NCBI GenBank assembly: GCA_964540085.1
Contig: CAZILO010000001.1
Location: forward strand, 9,470-36,271
DNA length: 26,802 nt
From: an uncultured Thermotogae bacterium
Lineage (GTDB): Bacteria > Bipolaricaulota > Bipolaricaulia > UBA7950 > UBA9294
Reading direction: 5' to 3'
The notes below the pieces were generated by a model. That model saw only the letters and a list, made by a program, of their open reading frames with translations, was not told the DNA's origin and ran no database searches. Positions within the stretch are counted from its first letter, which is position 1. Each line of letters begins with the position of its first letter. The translations under genes were made by a program, and so were the position numbers. Below are positions 24,044 through 26,802 of this stretch, in pieces.

Positions 24044-24697
24044 TCACTTATTTGCCGGAGGAAACAAGTTTTTGGCGAGAAGGCTCTGCAATGAAGAGAG
24101 TTTTTCCAGTGCGGAGGCAATGCGGATGCGATACTGAATTGGAAACGGATCCGGCCGCTTGCTCCTGATCTTGGCCAGGTCTATCTTGGGAGTAGGGTCG
24201 GTGGCACGTTTCTCCGCGCTCAGGGAGACGTAATTAATCGCTTCGCGCGCCTTGAAAATTTCGGTAATTCCCTCCTCAGTAATGTTGACCGCATCGGCAA
24301 GTTCGCTTAGTGTGGGGAGATGGCCGGTTTCCCGAAGTAGGCGCGCCTCGGCCATCTCGAGTTGGCGGTTCAAATCCTGCAAAAACCGGGGAATGTATGC
24401 CTGATGCGCGTGATCGCGGATGTACTGTCGGATCTCGCCGGTGATCAAGTTCTTCGCGTACTCGGAGAATTCCTTACCCCGCGCGAGGTGGATGTTATAC
24501 ACCGCGTTCAATAGCCCGAGATAGCCGGCATGGAACAGCTCATCATGGGTAAATCCACTGTGGGCAAACGCGCTCGCGATTACAGTCTCCACCCACTGCC
24601 TCCCCCGCGCCAGCAGTTCATTGCGGGCGGATTCATCGCCGGCTGTCACCCGGGCGAGGAGCTCGTTGAGAGAAGCATCATCGTTGTTCATAGTCAC
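24044..24697 (-). CDS. Sigma-70 family factor (SigB/SigF/SigG-like) with regions 2 and 3 but lacking the region-4.2 HTH
   Basis: GDESARNEL, DELFHAGYLGLLNAV, FSEYA...ITGEIRQYIRD, IPR, LPTLSELADAVNI and VSL. The protein ends soon after RIASALEKL. The start is GTG 24697 or ATG 24691. Confidence 0.8.
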   Translation of the reverse strand: MTMNNDDASLNELLARVTAGDESARNELLARGRQWVETVIASAFAHSGFTHDELFHAGYLGLLNAVYNIHLARGKEFSEYAKNLITGEIRQYIRDHAHQAYIPRFLQDLNRQLEMAEARLLRETGHLPTLSELADAVNITEEGITEIFKAREAINYVSLSAEKRATDPTPKIDLAKIRSKRPDPFPIQYRIRIASALEKLSSLQSLLAKNLFPPANK

Positions 24698-24699
24698 TG

Positions 24700-25890
24700 T
24701 TAAAATGCTAGTTCAAATCCGAAACTCGCACTGGTAATCCCGGTAAAGTCGAACTGTACCGTTGTGGACAGCGTGATGCCGGAGAATTTAACACGGGCGG
24801 TGATCCGTTCGCCGGTAAATCCGGTCAGATCGAACGACGTGTAGCTGGTGAACGTAACCGGATCAATTGTCGCCTCAATTCCGAACAACTGCTGCGAGAA
24901 CATGAAATTACCGTCGAAGTCGGTCTCGGAGATGGCGGTGAATCCCTTACACACATACGATAACGCGAACCGCTGCCCGGAAAACACGACGGGAATCGGC
25001 AACGGCGGTGTGGGCGCGGAGAAACTGGTCTCGGACGTAAACCGCACCGGATCGATCTGAATATCGAGGATAAAATCAAGCCCACTCAACGAGAATGAAT
25101 GATCAACCGTAACGGAAGTGAGGAACGCGATATTTGGCTCGGTGAATTGGTACCCAAGCTCGGCAATCTCCTGGGCAAATCCGGACGTATCAAGCCACGT
25201 AGTACTGCTCGCCAGCAACCCACATGTATCGACCTCGAACCGCACTAACTCCTGCTCAAAGTAAAATCCGGGAACGATCGTTACCCGCCACACCGGCGGT
25301 GGCCCGGACAGTGATCCAAGCTGATTAAACAGGTACAGCAATTTATCGGTAAATGGCGCGCTTACCCCGCCCAGGGTGTTTACGAGGTCGGTTGCGCCGA
25401 ACCCAGTAACGGAGGTGATAGAAAATCCGCTCACTACACCACTTTTGAGCGTGAGGACCGCTCCCATGCTGTACGTCGGTGTCTGAACGGTTCCGATGTC
25501 CGCGAGGATCAGGTCAAGCCCGAGCTCGACTCCCACGATTTGTCCGGCGACGGAAAAGTCATTCCAATTGAACCGAGGATTGAACAGAATGTCGTTGCCG
25601 ATCGTAAATGCGCCCAGGTTGAGTGAGCAATCAACCCCGAGCGATTGAAATCCCGAAAGGTCAAACGCGGTCTGTGTGCTGACGGAGAATCCGGCAATCT
25701 GGAGTGCGGCAGAGATGTTCGTTGTAAGGTTGTAAGCGGTCGGTGGAATCGGAGCAAACGTAAATTCAACACCTACTTTTCCGGAGAACGTGTCGCTGCC
25801 ACAGTTCGCGCATTCTCCGAACGCAAGTGTTCCTCCAACTAGAAGTAAAACAAAAAGCACCACGATTATTCGATAATTCATCCGTCGCAT
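24700..25890 (-). CDS. Exported beta-strand-rich protein, probable outer-membrane/envelope protein
   Basis: Signal peptide, alternating hydrophobic strands, internal repeats (IDPVRFTSETSF / IDPVTFTSYTSF) and a C-terminal Phe; GGAGGAGG SD. Confidence 0.65.
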   Translation of the reverse strand: MRRMNYRIIVVLFVLLLVGGTLAFGECANCGSDTFSGKVGVEFTFAPIPPTAYNLTTNISAALQIAGFSVSTQTAFDLSGFQSLGVDCSLNLGAFTIGNDILFNPRFNWNDFSVAGQIVGVELGLDLILADIGTVQTPTYSMGAVLTLKSGVVSGFSITSVTGFGATDLVNTLGGVSAPFTDKLLYLFNQLGSLSGPPPVWRVTIVPGFYFEQELVRFEVDTCGLLASSTTWLDTSGFAQEIAELGYQFTEPNIAFLTSVTVDHSFSLSGLDFILDIQIDPVRFTSETSFSAPTPPLPIPVVFSGQRFALSYVCKGFTAISETDFDGNFMFSQQLFGIEATIDPVTFTSYTSFDLTGFTGERITARVKFSGITLSTTVQFDFTGITSASFGFELAF

Positions 25891-26084
25891 CGCGACCTCC
25901 TCCTCCGTTTATTCACTCTAAGGCTACCCAGAGACGCTCCGGTAACAGAGGAAATTAGGGGACGGGCAACCGTTACTTTGTCCACCGTAAAGTGGACAGG
26001 TGTCAGACCACTTGACGCACAGCCGCCGGTAGTGCTCCGGTAGTACTATAGTGGCTGTAGCGAATTTAAGGAGGTGTTTGTAGT

Positions 26085-26802
26085 ATGAAGAAAAAGCTTG
26101 TAGTGGGGTTACTCCTTGTCGGAGTAATGGGGCTCCTTATCGGTGGGGGATTGGTTGCAGCCGCTGACAAGTACATTGTCGGGTCGGATATTCCATGGGA
26201 CCCGTTCGAGATGGTGACCGCCAATGGACAATACTTCGGGTTTGACCTCGATGTAATGCGTGCGATCGCTATCCTGGAAGGGTATCAGATTGAGATCAAG
26301 AACATCGCATTTGATTCCATCATCCCGGCGGTGAAAGCCGGAAAGGTAGATATCGGTGCGTCCGGGTTCACTATCAAGCCGGAGCGTGCCAAGTCGGTTG
26401 ATTTCTCCAATCCGTACTACCTATCCAACCAGGCGGTGGTGATTCGCAAGGAGGAAAAGGACGCTGGAGAGAACCTCGTAACAATCCTCACCGGGAAGGG
26501 CCCGACCAAGGCGATCGGTGCCCAGAACGGTACGACTGGGTTCGACTGGATCAAGGACAACCTGATCGACAAGGGATTCCCGGTCGAGCAGAAGGGGTAC
26601 GAGACCTATCCGATGGCGATTCTTGACCTGGTCAACGGCCGTGTCGATGCGGTAATCCAGGATGAGCCAGCATCGCGTGCTTCCCTTGCTGCTTATCCGA
26701 CGAAGCTCACCATTGCGGGAATCATCAACACCTACGAATACTACGGGTTCCTCGTGGCCAAGGGTGATCCCAATGGGCTTCTTCCCAAGATAAATGATGG
26801 GA
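26085..26802 (+). CDS. Polar amino-acid ABC transporter substrate-binding protein (family 3), truncated by the window edge
   Basis: Not in the ORF track. Manual translation gives MKKKLVVGLLLVG...GSDIPWDPFEM...GFDLDVMRAIA...FDSIIPAVKAGKVDIGASGFTIKPERAKSVDFSNPYY; AGGAGG SD. Confidence 0.9.
   Translation, partial: MKKKLVVGLLLVGVMGLLIGGGLVAAADKYIVGSDIPWDPFEMVTANGQYFGFDLDVMRAIAILEGYQIEIKNIAFDSIIPAVKAGKVDIGASGFTIKPERAKSVDFSNPYYLSNQAVVIRKEEKDAGENLVTILTGKGPTKAIGAQNGTTGFDWIKDNLIDKGFPVEQKGYETYPMAILDLVNGRVDAVIQDEPASRASLAAYPTKLTIAGIINTYEYYGFLVAKGDPNGLLPKINDG

Noticed and set aside
26012-26049. TTGACG and TACTAT as the promoter of the ABC binding-protein gene
   Set aside because: The spacer is 26 nt, too long for sigma70.

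Overview
26.8 kb from an anaerobic, probably diderm bacterium. The gene content resembles Bipolaricaulota/Acetothermia, but that is a tentative guess. Ordinary content: a decayed methyltransferase, dpaL, a frameshifted GNAT gene, a DUF1579-like exported protein, gyrA-tyrS, a complete 14-gene Thermococcales-type mbhA-N membrane-bound [NiFe]-hydrogenase operon (minus strand), and a partial amino-acid ABC binding protein. The main signal is six cyclic-dinucleotide (c-di-GMP-I/GEMM-I) riboswitch aptamers on the minus strand. Two leaders (22701-22868 and 23536-23723) each contain a complete aptamer nested inside the P2 loop of a second, outer aptamer, coupled to an anti-Shine-Dalgarno switch. One aptamer (23815-23954) carries A at the position that is G20 in c-di-GMP binders, making it a candidate c-AMP-GMP sensor. 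One aptamer (1358-1436) encloses the SD and start codon and uses the first codons of its gene. Five of the six sit upstream of a putative surface-filament locus (16939-23505): paralogous pilin/WxL-like subunits, a chaperone-like protein and a large usher-like/Ig/PKD protein, preceded by a sigma factor lacking its region-4 HTH. All RNA folds were paired by eye and family assignments come from motif recognition; no searches were run.
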